Assembly: GCA_013265495.1 (NCBI GenBank)
Contig: MU057987.1
Location: 310,001 to 374,000 of the forward strand
DNA: 64,000 nucleotides
From: Vicugna vicugna
Lineage: Eukaryota
Direction of reading: 5' to 3'
Shown: piece after piece, positions 1 through 13,855 of the stretch
Numbering within the stretch: the stretch's first letter is position 1
How the letters are laid out: every line of letters begins with the position of its first letter
Position numbers and translations under genes: made by a program
Notes under the pieces: generated by a model
Databases searched by the model: none
What the model saw: only the letters and a program-made list of their open reading frames with translations
What the model was told of the DNA's origin: nothing

Positions 1-304
1 TTCAACAATAAAATTTATAGAGCAAAAAGTTCCATTGGAATTAAATAAAGCTATTGCCCTTGATAATATTTTATAAATGTCAAAGCATGAGGAATCTGTA
101 TCATATTAGCATATTATTAGTGTTTAAAATTTATGAACAATATTTCTACCAACTGTGCAAACAAAAAGCAAATTACTTAAATTTTCTGAACCTGCTTCCT
201 TGTCTGTAAGAAAAATGATACCTACCTGTAAGAATTCAGATCTGACCTGTCAACACGTCAGAAACAGTAAAGTCTTTTTTATATGTAAGTTCTACTTTAC
301 TCAC

Positions 305-363
305 CTATCACTGAAATAGTGATTTATCTAATTCCAAAACTTAAGAGTAAAATTCCTATACCT
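305..363 (-). other. Candidate internal exon (59 nt), stops in all three frames
   Basis: Acceptor cttgtgttttccttcag|AGG and donor TAG|gtgagt; all frames terminate, so it would be non-coding. Confidence 0.45.
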
Positions 364-2527
364 CTGAAGGAAAACACAAGGACTCTTCCATAATATACAG
401 CATCAATGGACGCTTAATTTACAAGAAGTCGATGTTCTTCCTTTATGCCTCCTCCACACTGACACTGATTTAATGTCACAAAAAACTGGCAGAATAAAGA
501 CCATACAGAGAACAGGGTTCTGAAGGAAGAGGGCAGGAAACAGAACTAAACAACCAGATTAGTGCAAAAGGAAGGAGGAGGAGAGTAGTTTTCTTTTTGT
601 ATACCTGATGTCTACTTCACGATAGCTAAGTTGAAGGCTTTGCTGATTTGTACACAGTGTCCATGCACCAGAGCCTCTTCTTGCCCATTTGTACATCTCA
701 AAAAACAACCCATTTAGTTTAAATTTTCTCCCTAAAATATATTCTATGGATTGATATAAAGCAATAAATGTCAGTTCAATAATTCTAACAATGGGAAAAA
801 CAAAAATGTAAAGACAGTATTTCTGGCTTCAGCACAACTGTAGAAAAGGGCCAGGCTGGGGAACTCAGACCATCAAACTGGAAAACAGCAGTCTTAGCCC
901 ATCGCATCTGTGATGAGAATTGTGTTGGCTTCGTCCGTACGTTTATTCAGCTTCCATATGCACCAAACAGAAGACAAAGGCTAACATCGTGGAGACAGTG
1001 CAGCTGATCTAGACTGTTTGGCCTGACTGATACTCAGCTAGTTTGTGCTCTTCAGCCCTATCTAAAGAATTTAAAATTTAATTCAACAGGCATTATTTAA
1101 TGCCTTCTCTATGCAAGGCACTGTGCTAGGTTTAATACAATTTTTCTTATTCTTCCATTATATGTTTATGCCTACCCAACCCGTTTACAATGCTTGTAGT
1201 TCAGACTAACTTAAAATCTAATCTGTGCTCAATTGAAATGTGGGGTTTGGAAACTCAGTTGATTAAGTCCAAATTGAGAAGCAATAGAATTTTAAAACAG
1301 CTTCTAACATGCAAAAGAAACAGGTTTTGCAGCCCAGATCATTTAAGAGCAATTATTTTTTTTTTAGTTACATAAAGAGACATTTTCGGGCCTCTAATTG
1401 CTCCAAATTTATCTGCTGAAGAGCCATTATGATCCATTTTTAACCCCTCTCTGACATCAAGAACTAATGCTGTAATTGAACTGTGTCATCATTGATCTCA
1501 ATTCTAAACCATTAGGAGAGCTGGTTTCTGTCTTTCACTGCAATTGCACCATTTTCCTCCTAATCACTCCAGGGCCTGCAGACATGCACACTATAACCAA
1601 GAAAGAACTGTTTAAAGCCCAGCTAGATGTTGTGAATAAATACCCTGCCTAGTAGACTATTATTTGCTATTTTCACAAATTTAAAGTAAGGATACAAATG
1701 CAGACATCTATTTTTAAAGCTATTTCCCCTTCTTTTTCCTTTGCCCAAAACATCTTTTATAGTAACTTAATTTAGTTTGCTTGCTCACATTTATAACAGA
1801 GATAAGTGTATCAAAGAATCTTAGATCTGTCCCACAGCTGATGCTAAATACATCAAACTAAGTTTTATTCTTAAGGGATATGAAACCCATACGAAGAAGA
1901 AATTACATAAAGAAAATACATGGAGAAACTGTGTTTGAGCCTTGGAATCACAGCTATGCATTAAAACAGCTTTAATACACTAACAACTGCTATACTCCTG
2001 AGCTAAATCTTCACTTAATCCTGACCTCAATATGAAGGAGAAAAAAGGAATATCTAATTCAGTGGACATTAAATTGATCAAATTACTGGGTTTTACTGCT
2101 TAATTTAGGAAGTCATATTTTTATTATTTAACACAAGTAGATGTCTTGTTTATTATAACATCTATAAAACTTGGCACTTAAGTCTGAAAAAATAAGGCTT
2201 CTTCTCTCAGAAGCTAGTAAAGTACTAATCCCACACCTCCTTCTACCATAAAAATGATTTCAGAGAAAGCACAACTGCCCCCAAACCAGGGACCCGGAAG
2301 TGCAAAGAACAGAGGGGGCGCTCAGGAGCACAGGCTTCTGATCTCAGCGCCAGAGTTACTGACCCAAGCTTCACATTTCCTCTAAGCGTCAACGTCTGTT
2401 GTAAAAGTGGGTGTTGAAATAAAATGGGGTCCAAGTCCCTTCTGACCCACAGATTAAGAAACAAAAAGCTACACAGTGTCATCACTAATCTGTTTGGAAT
2501 TAATGTAGTGCCAATGATAAAGCTGGA

Positions 2528-3070
2528 CACTACTTAAAAATAATAAAGACAGATTTTATTCAGTAACGACCACTGCAACAGAGGAGGGAACACAGGGTAA
2601 CCTGAGCTCAACTCTCCTGAAACACAAGGCAGGAGACTTTTTCAATGCTGGGGTGTGCCAAAGGAAGGACACTTGAGGGCACTAACGGATGGAGGGGTAG
2701 GTCCATGGACTAGGCCGTCTGGGTTTGCTACCTGGGACGCACACAGAAGAGAAGCAAACACCCCACATCCTTATGCCAGGAGGTATAAAGAGGCAGGATG
2801 CCCACCAAAGTCTGGCTTTGTCTTCCTTCAGAGCCTGAGAGGAGAGAGAGTGAGTGTTCTCTCTGGATGTTTTCATTTCAAAGAGACTGCTCCCAGATCC
2901 TTGAGTCGTCAGTTTTAGGTGGTAGGGAAATTTCATCTCAAAGTTCAGAGAAAGGATTTCTAATTTCAAGTTTTTTCAGGGAGGCATTTTAAGGGGTGTC
3001 TGGGGTCATACTAGTGACATGGCCTTAAGCAGCTAGAACATGCTAGAGTTTGGACAAAGAGTCTTTGTCA
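2528..3070 (-). mobile_element. Solo ERV1 LTR (MER31/MER67-like)
   Basis: Minus strand begins TGACAAAGACTCTTTGTCCAAACTCTAG, the start recalled for MER31/MER67; minus-strand AATAAA near the other end (~2555). Confidence 0.65.
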
Positions 3071-4263
3071 GGAGCAATGGACCAGTTCAGGACATTCATA
3101 ACCATCTGGTGTCTTGACGGAGACTAAAGCTCAGATGAGAAAACTTTCTACTGTAGCACTGAATCAAATTTTTCAAAGGTACAAAAAGTCTAGTCATATA
3201 ACAGTTTTTGGTTCTGCCATATGTATGGATGCTTAAAATAGGAAAAAGAAAAAAAAAGTTGGCCCAAAATATCTTAGCCAATGGCTCCATCTAGCTTTAT
3301 TATAGCACTGTCTTGAGTCATTTAAAAATGTATAACTGCATTTCTCTTAAATGCCTAATAGCTGAATGTTCAGTCCATTTTAATACTATTTGCCCGCAGA
3401 AAAATGGGTCACGTATGATAGTCAGAAAGGCCGTAGTGGAGAATGACAAGTCCATTTGTATCAACACTCATAGTTCTTCATATTCTTTTATCACCTTTTC
3501 TAAAATAAGGGATTTCAGACTGAAAGATCTTGAGATTTAAATGTGCATTTTTGTAAATGCAAATGAAAATATTAAAGGTGCTCAATGTATTCATGGAGCA
3601 GATTGATATTTTTCCACACAATAATGCTAATATGCTGTGCCCTCTGCAGTGGGACCATAATTAAACCTGTTGGCATTTCCATTTTAAACCTAGTCATAAA
3701 AAGTCTCTCTGAGCAGTAATGTGCCATTCCAAGACTCGAGCCAGCAGTCTCCACTGTTCAGGAACAATATTTGAGAAGTTTTAGCAGGGGGTCAAGTTCT
3801 AATAAGGTAAAACATTCAGCAGAATTTTTCTTTATTTCACCCAAGATGCTTGTTTGCCCTCTACCAACTAATTTCAATCTCATGTGTGATGTTTATAAAT
3901 AGCATGAGAAATGCATTCAAGCTCCAGCTGAGAAAATGTAGTATATACTGTTGTATCCAGTTGTGTTAGATCCATAGTTTAAATAATCTGAGAGGACAAT
4001 GTTTAAGAAAATTACAAATAAAAATTAGAAATGAAAGTGAATATTTGAATGAGAAAAGTGATCATAAGCTAAAAGTTAGAAAGGCTGACAAAGGCCACAA
4101 CATCAAAATCCAGAAGGATCACAAGATAGGTTATCTTCCACCCATATAATATTATTTTTCTTAGATATTTTGGCTGCATACTCTTTGATCACCTCTTTAT
4201 ACGACAAAGACTTTATAATATCATTTATCATGAAGAGAATTTAGTCAGTCTTTCCCTCTACCA

Positions 4264-4483
4264 TCAGAAGTTGGCAAACTTGCTCTAAAAGGCCACGTGG
4301 TAAATATTTCAGACTCTGCACCAAACGGTCTCTGTTACAGCTATTCAGCTCTGCGACAGCAATCAGTAACAGACAGTACATTTTCACGTGTCATGAAATA
4401 TTTTTCTCCCAATCATTTAAAAGCATAAAGATTATTCTTAGATCATGGGCCATAGAACATATAGACCACAGTTTGCCAACCTT
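4264..4483. mobile_element. MER58-like hAT-Charlie non-autonomous DNA transposon
   Basis: Ends cagaagttggcaaact ... cagtttgccaacc form inverted repeats; internal ggccacgtggtaaatattt is typical of MER58. Confidence 0.7.
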
Positions 4484-7400
4484 TGTTCTACTCCAGTTGA
4501 TAGCTTTCAAAATCTATCAATAATTAATAAATTTCTACTTTCAGCTTCTTAAGTCATTGTTAATATGTATATTTTACGGTAGTTGTCAAAGTTATAAAAA
4601 AAATTTTTTTACATATGAACATTTTGAGTTTTTTCTGCTACGACTAATTTTAACTTGAATTTAACCAGTTTGTCATTGATAACAAAACTCATATGATCCT
4701 TTGCACTGAGGTTTAGCTGTTATATTAGTATTCTGTATTAAATCAAGAAGTTTTAACATTTTCCCCAAAGTGCTCATGTCATTCAGTCATATGATTCAAA
4801 GAACCTATTCACCACTTCCATTAGAAATGTGTCACTTCCTCTTCATTACTGCTTTTACCACACTCTTAAAAATTTGTTATGTTCAATGTTAGTGTAATTT
4901 CTATTGATTTCATCACTCACTTTTGTCACTTTGTTTCATATTTATGCATTTTTTTAAATCTGAAATTTCTCAGTTCTTTAATAAATAATTTTAAAGATGA
5001 CAAGACTCATCATATCCATCTAAATCAGGTCTGATTTCTCATGTTTTAGTGAAACATTCCAAAACATCTTTTCAAAACACCTAGCAACTTTGTGTCAAGA
5101 CGCCAGGTCCACTGGCACAGTATTCCAGGAATCCACTTTGTGATGCCAGGACTCACTGAACCATACTATACACAAATGAAAACCACAACAGCATGTCTCA
5201 TCAGACTCAATACAACGTATTCCCAACTCAGTTATACCTCAGGCAGGTATCAAAAATGTCTACAGCTAACCCAATACACTCAATGAGCGGGGAAGAGGTA
5301 AAGGAAGGGAAAGAGGTTGGAAAAGACAACAAAGTTTACCAGCTCCATAACCATGCTAAGACCTGGGTAGGGCCCCTTCCCTGCCTGGCCTTTAAGGTGT
5401 CTGCATTTCTTAGCTTCGTAAGTCTGGTCAATCCACTGCTTATTGCTCCCCAGAAGGTCTGTCATGCAGCTAGACAGTCCCCCATAGCCCCATGTACCAC
5501 ATTCTCTTGAACATTTCAGTCCACAAATGGCCAAAGATGAACATTAAATGAGTAATATTCTAGAGGAAGTCAGAATACATGCATTCATCTTACAAATTAC
5601 ACAAAAGGCAATTATTTTTTAAAAACACAGAAAGTAATCATTCAATGGTTTTGAAAAAGAACACATTAGGAAACTCGTCTACTGAGATTTGAAAGTGATG
5701 TGTATGCTTAGGACATTTCATTCAACAAAGCCTAGCAGAAAATTTTATATCACAATCACACATCATAATTACTGATTCTAATTTAATTATGTGATTGCAC
5801 GTATTTATTTACTCCAGGAACTATAACAAATATACAGTAATTAAATGGCATAACAAAAGGCTAAATTTTCTAAGGAAAACAAGAAATTCATAAAGCTTCT
5901 TACATAGTAAAAAAAAAAAAGAAAAAAGAAAAAATTAAAAAGGTTAATTACAAGCCTACAAAAGCAGCCTACTCTGATTTGAAAGATAATTACAGTCAGC
6001 TCATTGACCTTCTCTACTGTACTAGACGTTCTTTTCAAGAGTAAAGGAAGGAGAAAGTTATAGGAGGAGAGTTTCAGGTTTGAGTATCTTCATAGCTTGG
6101 AAAGCAACCACCATGCTCCTAGTAATTTCCATAAAATTCTCTCTGTGTAAACGAAGTCATTTGAGGGTTAACTAATCTGCAGTTCAAACCTCTGTCCTTT
6201 CTTCTTGACTTTCTTTTAGCCTTAGGGTCCTTGTAATATGTTTCTGGTCTTAAACAAGCTTTTGAGCGTCTATTGTTTTCCTAATATAAACTTACTAGCT
6301 TTTTTCTGTGATTATCCATGTAAAGGATAATTAACTCCAAGAAATTACTATTTTTAAGACTTAGACATTATAGGAACAGTACAGGTACACTGAACTGTAT
6401 TTTCCATCCTATTAAACTAAATACTCTAATTTTAAAACACATGTTCACAGGTCTGCCTGGCTTTGAAAAAAGTCAAATATGAGATAAAAATACAAAAAAC
6501 CCAGATAGTTTAGAATAAAAATATTACTCATACTACAGAGAAAATATTCCATTATTTCTTCAGTTTTGAGTTTCTCTAAATTACAAGCTAACCTATGGCA
6601 TTTAAAATACAGCTTATTTTTAAAACTTTTATTTATACACAGTATAATAATGAAACTGTCTCTAACTTCCTTAAGCCTGTATCAAGCATCCTTATCAGGC
6701 TATAGTTCTACCCTATAGCAGTTAATCTCTCATTGGGAGACCAAAATAATGATGTTTTCATAATTATATCCTCCATTACGCTTACTTATAATTATATTAA
6801 AGAGTTAATTTCTATGAGTAATTCTATTACTAAGTAATAGACGATTTATGAACACTGTAGAGCTTTGGAGGACTGTTTGGAGAAAATGCTTAATTAGGCC
6901 ATGGTGTGAATTTTGACATCTTTCTCCATGGTTCACAGAATACACTTCTGCTGACACATATCTTCAACAGTTTGATCAACATAAAATCTTATCTTTCCAA
7001 TATTAAAAACAGTAGTACAGGATCATAATATGATGAGAAACAAAAAAAGTTTTTATTTTTTAAATAAATGTCATCTTAGTAAGTCAGCAAGCCAAAATGA
7101 TCTAAGAGCACTGAAAAATAAAATTTGTGTGAAAATACACCGCTCACAAAATATGATGGACTTGTGATGGATGAAAACAGCTTTGAATCCAAGAAGCCCC
7201 CATTCTAGCGGGGAGTAAGCTTGGGGCATAAACATGTTGCTTCAGGGAGTCTGAAGCAATTCGCCCACTGCTTCACTGATATTGTCAACATTGGCACTTA
7301 CTGTGTTATCACTTTCCTGCCAGAGAATGTACTAAAACTAGACACTCATTAGGTGGGACCCCAACGGCCAGCAAATAGAGCTTAGGCTAAAGAATCTACT

Positions 7401-9204
7401 TTCTTCTTCATTTATCTACACTTAGATAAGCCACATGATTGTAACAAACAGTGACAACATTAACGGAAGTCACTAACATTGAAGCAGAATTCTCAAGTTT
7501 CTAATTTATAGGGAGCTAAATCCAAACATGTTATTAACATAGAGGATCCATGCACTGGCACATACAGGCTGTGATTCAACTCTGTAACAGTTTTTTAGGT
7601 GCTTCCTTACATTCTAGTATTTGATTTCACACTTCCTGGCCCAGGCATGCACGTGCGGTCCATCCCCGAGTTCTACGGCACTGTGACAGTGGCACTGAAA
7701 ACTGCTAGTGTTCTCAGTCAGCCATGTTGGCCAAGAAATCGTGTTATAATCAAATTTAAACAGGGTCCGATGTAAATCAGATATTCTCACAACATATATT
7801 TTCACAAACACATTTCTCACTAATGAGTCTTTATGTGTTTACAAGGGATGAGGTATTCAAACAATTTTGTGACTCATAAATTTAATTTGGCCTCAGTATC
7901 ACCTGCTCCAATGTGAGAAAAATATTCTGCCAATATAGTACTTGCTATTCAAATGCAGCTTTAAGACAAGTCTTTCCCCATTCCAACTTATTGCCCCATA
8001 GAGACCCCCCCGCAAAGAGAAATACCGAAACTGTTAGAGGTCTTTTTAAATCGTGCAGTAATAAGAGACCTACGTAAGGCTCTAGTTCATTCTTCTGTTC
8101 AGCTGCCAAAACTCCACACACATGCCCACTCCAGCCAGACCAAATTATCAGAATTCATTTTCAGCGTCCCTGACACCCTATAAAATGAGATGGAGACCAC
8201 CCCAAGTACGTAATAAAAACGTAAAATTCATTCAGTCTTTCAAGTCTCAGATTAGTAAGCATCTTTTATCAGAAGTTACTCAAATAAGTCATATTAATGT
8301 TAAAACATTCTGAGGACAGTAACTTGCTGCTTTCAAGAGCTACGTTTTATCTCACTGCATCACCAAATAATGGAACCCGTGGTAGCTCTGACTACAAGTC
8401 TCCCTTGGGTCCATGGATTTTAGTGACCTTGGCTGAAGGCTCCACCCACCTATGCAATTCCTGGTAAGTTCTAGTAAAAATATCAATTTACACCTTGACA
8501 ATACTCTTCCTTTCCTGTATTTCATTCAAGCAATGAAAAGTTTTTCTGAATTCTAAGTCTTGGGGGAAAAAAGAGAAATGAGTAACACTAATTCTCTTCT
8601 ACTATCACTAAAATGATGTTAATTACACTGGACCCAAACATGATTGACTTGTGTAACAGAAATCAACATCATAATGTATGATGTGAATTCCATACAAATT
8701 CTGGGCATCTGGGTAATTCTCACACATACCTTCATACTGCTCTTTATCATCCTTAGAAGATTTTCCTATGCGGATCTATGTTTGTAAGATTCATAAAAAT
8801 AGATGCATAATCAAGCTGAACTCTTCAAAAATAGTTTCTAACCTTCCATCTGAACCTCTGCCTCTCCCGGATTAGACAGTTCTGATGAATCTAGCTAGAG
8901 ACCTAGCATCTTACAGTGAACCACAATCCTTACTTCTCCTCCCAACCATCCTAACCTGCTCAGTTTATAAACAGACCTGATTTCAAGCTCAGGGGTAGGT
9001 TTAGAGTTTTCACTGTGGTCTGTCCAGGACTGGTACGTTCAGCCAATCTATGTACCTTAGATATAACCAGAGCAAGCACGGTATGATTTTTCTCAGCACA
9101 GCACCTGGCTCCCTGGGCCGCTTGCTGGACACTCTGATACCTGGTGAAACGGGAGGCTGCCGTCGACATAAATGTTCTGACAAGAGCAATGTACAAAGCA
9201 TGGC

Positions 9205-9320
9205 TAGAAAGCCGTTCTCAAATGAACCACCGGGCTCGAGTCCTGGGAATCTGTGTTTAACACGCACCCCGGGTGATTTCAGCGCTGGTCACGGGCAACC
9301 AGGTGTTCAGAAACACTGCT
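9205..9320. mobile_element. MER5-like DNA transposon fragment
   Basis: gttctcaaa ... gggaatctgtgtttaac ... ggtgattt ... gaaacactgct. Confidence 0.5.
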
Positions 9321-9689
9321 ACTGCGCCGTCACAGCCAAGCGTCAGCGTCACAGCTTCCCACACGAGCCCTGTACGTTGCTTCTGACACAGTGAGCTCGA
9401 TATATTTCTTTCTCTTCTAAATGATTTAGCAACTTGTCCTTCAGGAGATTCTCACCAAGCAGTGGTCTAGAATTTGAAGTTAGTTTGTGTCATTGCTAGA
9501 AAACATGAAAGAAAAGCTCCCTATGATTCAAAACGCACGACACCGAGGTACTCTGTGAGGTGATGTGCACCTACTTCCCAGTTTAATCAGGGGACTACAA
9601 GCTTTAACACAGGTCCTCACGAGAACAATACTGCACCAGATAGTGCACTCATCGAAGACGATACAGCAGTACAAAACTGTATATACAGT

Positions 9690-10005
9690 ACCTGACATCA
9701 AGGAGCTGGTCGCCTAGTCAGGGAACAGAAATAGGCATGTGTCGCACACTACGTGGAAAGAAGCCCCATAGACAAGGTAACTCAGGAGAAGGGGAAGACA
9801 AAGGGACATGACACACAGCTTTTCTCAGAAAAGCTGCCCTGGGAACGGAAGGAGGTGAGAGATGTGACTGGGTCTGGATTACTGATTTATTTTGAACGTG
9901 GAGCTAACAGGATATGCCAACAGCTAGAGATCAGAGGAAAGCAAAAATGAAAGATGAGTCCAAAACTTTTGGCCTAAGCAGAATAATGTTCCCACTTACT
10001 GAGCT
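9690..10005. mobile_element. L2 LINE fragment
   Basis: aaggagctggtcgcctagt; ggtctggattactgatttattttgaacgtggagctaacagga; aactttttggcctaagcag ... acttactgag. Confidence 0.5.
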
Positions 10006-11216
10006 GGCCAGTATTCTGAGGGACAGGGCTATCATCACTTGCATTCTGTTTTAAGGGTCAGAACATCTGGGCTGCCCTTGCTTACGGCCGTTGCCACAGG
10101 TAACACAGCTTGTACACAGCGGAGGTGGGCTTGAACCCAGTCAGTCAGACTCTGGAGGCTATACACAACCACAGAGGCGGCTCTAAGACCCGTCATCCTG
10201 CGCCCGCCCCCAGGCTGGCTTTGATACAGCCCTAGAATCTCAAGCAGCTCAGAATAAGCACAGACAGAAAAGGAGGGTTAGAGCCACTGCACAGGGCTCT
10301 GAGAACACCGCCATGCCCGCCTGATGCCCCTCCGCAGGCTCCCCGGCAGAGCAGAGGGGCCTGCCCGTTCCCCTGGTGTGACATGTCAGAGATTCCTGCT
10401 GCTCCTTTCCATCTATATATAGGCAGGGCCAGCCCCGGGCAGGTGCAGCACGCAGACAGGACCTCAGCACCCCTCCTGTACACCACCGCCCTCCACCATA
10501 TGGTACGTGGGTGGAATTAGGTTAAAAAGAACTTCAAGGACAACCTTGGAGGAGAAATGAAACCATCACCAAAAGGAAACACGCAGTGGAATAAAGGGGA
10601 AGTCGCTAGATGATAAAGGTGGTGGAGGGCTGAGCCTACACACAAGGAATGTGTGGCTGGCCACCTGTCCGTTGTTCTTCAGAAGTTTCTACACTGCTGA
10701 TTAAGTTTCAGGCTGGGGAGAGGAGCAAGAGGAAGGGAAAAAAGCATCCACTGATCATCTGATAAGAGCTGGACACTGGACTATGTGCTTTATATGTTTT
10801 CACAACACCACGTGGCCTTGTCATTATTATGACAATTTCAGAGATTGGAGCGAACTCTGCTGCATGAGGTCCACCTGGAAGCTCCATGCAGCAGGTGAGC
10901 TCCTGCCCAGTTCACACCGTATTCCCAGGGCCTAACACCCAGAGGGGTGGGGAGAGTCGAGGCCCCTTGACTCTTGAGGGAGGTAATGCCTCCCTCTTTC
11001 CAATTCTAGTTTCCAACCTAGCGTCACCTCCCTCTCCACCGTGAGGAGAGGCGGGGCTGAGAGCCCCAGGGCCACTCCTGCTACGCAGGTGGCTGAGGCT
11101 GTGGGCAGCAGAACAAGCCAGAAGGTGCACCATCGAGCAACGGTGGTGACCACCGGAAAGCGCGCCAAAGAGGCAAGAACTGAGAGGGCGGGCGTGCCGG
11201 GAAAGCCGCAGCTCAC

Positions 11217-11276
11217 CTGCTCTCAATTCGCACAGGAAAAGGGAGCCTTCTCTTTCAAGCAGACAGTTGCGTCTGC
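11217..11276 (-). other. Candidate internal exon (60 nt)
   Basis: Acceptor cttcgtctcctctgcag|GCAG and donor CAG|gtgagc, within a GC/CpG-enriched patch. Confidence 0.5.
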
Positions 11277-13757
11277 CTGCAGAGGAGACGAAGTCCTGAA
11301 AATCTGTCATCCCCCAGGGGTTCTGCTTTGGAGTCCATGCCCTGGATAGACGCCTCCACCACCCAGGCGCTTCTGGCAGCTGGTCGGGCCGCTTCCCGTT
11401 CTCAGCCACCTGCTTCTCTGAGTCACTGGTCTTGATGCCTCTGAAGTATACCCAGCCCCCCTAACAGCCTTAATTCATCTGCTCATTCCATTACCATTTA
11501 TTCTCAGCAGAGGCGCTAATTAAGAATGTGAAATGGTGGTATACCAACAAGAGGCAAGGTAAAGGAACCGTGTGACCTCCCATCCCTGGACTTGGAAGTG
11601 GACAGGAACTTTTTACTCTTATTGTAAATTTACACTCCTACTCAGATAATTAATTTGGGATGGGATTACTTTTTAGCCCCCTCCCCGGGGGGGTCCAAAG
11701 AACCAGTGTTAAACCACATTACTGTGAAACTGTCCTTTATCACTGATTAAAAACAAAATCCAGAAGCAGTTGTAATCAGTTGATATCTGGGTAGAACTAG
11801 TCCCTAAAATGCCCAACTTTAGAGCAACGACTCAAAACACCAAAGCTTAGCATTCTCTAAATATTCAAAAGTACAGAGCAAAGAGCTGCCCATTAGACAA
11901 CCTGGAATCTCTCTTTTACCTAAGTAATGTATGATCTGAGAAAACTTTCTTCTTTGTTCCCCTACTAGGCAGTCCTTGTTTCCCAGTCTAAAACGTCTCA
12001 GTGTAGCCTTACACTTCATTTGATAATGGATTTAAAGATGCCTCAGCATCTATGTTTCCTTCTGTGCTACACAATGGAGGGGGAAGCAAGCAAGCACTGT
12101 GCTGCATTAATTTTTATGCCCCTTACAATGATTCTTTTCAGAATACATTGTATTATTGGCCGGCGCTGGGCTTTCTGTAATTATAGAAAATCATGGGAGA
12201 TATGCCACGTTCCAAAGCCCTTCCAGGGAACCCATCCTATCCTCACCTCTGGGTGTGTCCTTCATTACGACTCCCTTTAGAGCTTCACAAATACCAGGGA
12301 GTGCTACCCAGCTAGGATACCCAACTCAAAAGTTTCTCACTTTGGCAAAGCCCCACCCTTGTCATACCACAAAAACTGTAACACTAATGCCCCTGATAAA
12401 CGTTAACACCAACTGTTGCGGGATAGAGAGAGAGAAAGAAAATAACACAACATGTTCAAAAGCACCTGCGTGAACCAGATGCTTTCTGGGAGAAAATGTG
12501 AAAATTAGATATGGAGAATTCTTGAGATAAGTTTTCACAACAATTAAATGTGAGAAGGTAAAGAAATGGTGTCAGTTCACATTGAACAGAGGGATAAAGC
12601 AGTTTATCAGAAAAGAATACCTTCCCTATTAGAATTATAGTCTGAAGCCACAAAAGGCCTGCGGGCCACCCTTCAGACCTCTGTGAGCTCAGCCCACTGA
12701 GGGAATGTGCCAGAGATGTTACATTTTGGCAGAAGGCAGAGACTCATGGCGTGCAAGAAACACCCTAATTGCTTTTCCTCAACAGAAAAGGATTGTTCCC
12801 TATTAAGTTGGCCACTGGCATCTTTTACTTCTTGGAGAATTAAGCAGAATAACAAATCACACATTGTGTTGGTAGCCAGCTAAGGAGGAGGTGTGTCTGT
12901 GTTGCAATAGCAAATGCTGTGGGCTTCATGTCAGGACCCAAATTCTCTCCTTCTCCAGCCTTCTTATCTACCTCGGGGGACATGCAGCCATGAAGAGCTT
13001 CAGGGTGGTGGTGATAATGATGCAATGTGTACACACACACAGTGGGCAGTATACATTTAATTTCACACCAAAAACAAACCTGCATGTTCACTGCTTTTTC
13101 AAGAATTTAATATTACCAAAATATTTTTTTAAATAAAGGGAAAAACAAACAACCATCCTTCTATTCCTTGGAGAACACAGATCCAAGTATCTGAATTCAT
13201 CTGAGTCCAGACTTCCACCCACATTCCAGAACAATCAATGCAGTTAATTCAGTCAATTTATCTAATCAAACATATTGAAATAACCTTTCTATCTTGCTTC
13301 AGTATTACCCAACTACCAAGAACTCGGTTCTATTCTCAAGATTTATGAAACACCTGTAAACTACTTCTCAGGATTCAAATACATTACAATAGAATGACTG
13401 GTTGAGACTCAGAAGAAACAAGTATCCATAAAAATGAGACAGATAGTATTTGATGAACAGAATTGAGAGAACTGGGGGAACAAAAGCTTCCTTCATCATC
13501 TTTCCTCCCTCCTTCCTCTCCTTTTGCCCTCAAATCAGAATATAGCCAGACACAACCTTTTTTCTCTCTCGTATCTTTTTTTGATGCCTCAGTTCAAATT
13601 ATGAAGACTGAATATTCTCTTTTGGAAATTTAATCTTAATGCTGTTTCCATGTCAGGAATACCCTAAGTGATGGTGTTCAACCAAACATCCCATAAAAAC
13701 TGAGGAGGCTGAAAAACAGATTGAGAAAAATACTTCTCCCTTTAATGTCTGGCTTAC

Positions 13758-13855
13758 CTGATCCACATTCTATGACTATTTGTTTCTAAGCCTCTAGATT
13801 AAAAAGGCCTATGAAATTCCACTGGAATTGATGTTGGTGGCAATTTGTTTTCCGT
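13758..13855 (-). other. Candidate internal exon (98 nt; alternative acceptor giving start 13793)
   Basis: Acceptor atcattttatccag|ACGG and strong donor CAG|gtaagc. Confidence 0.35.

Noticed and set aside
215..240. AG|GT site (cttacag|gtaggt) on the minus strand
   Set aside because: Lies in MIR-like sequence and lacks a real pyrimidine tract.
605..696. Minus-strand exon encoding MYKWARRGSGAWTLCTNQQSLQLSYREVDI
   Set aside because: GAG acceptor and gtatac donor are both weak; no recognisable homology.
905..1030. C/D box snoRNA (GTGATGA ... CTGA)
   Set aside because: No terminal stem, no recognisable rRNA guide, and it is antisense to the predicted host transcript.
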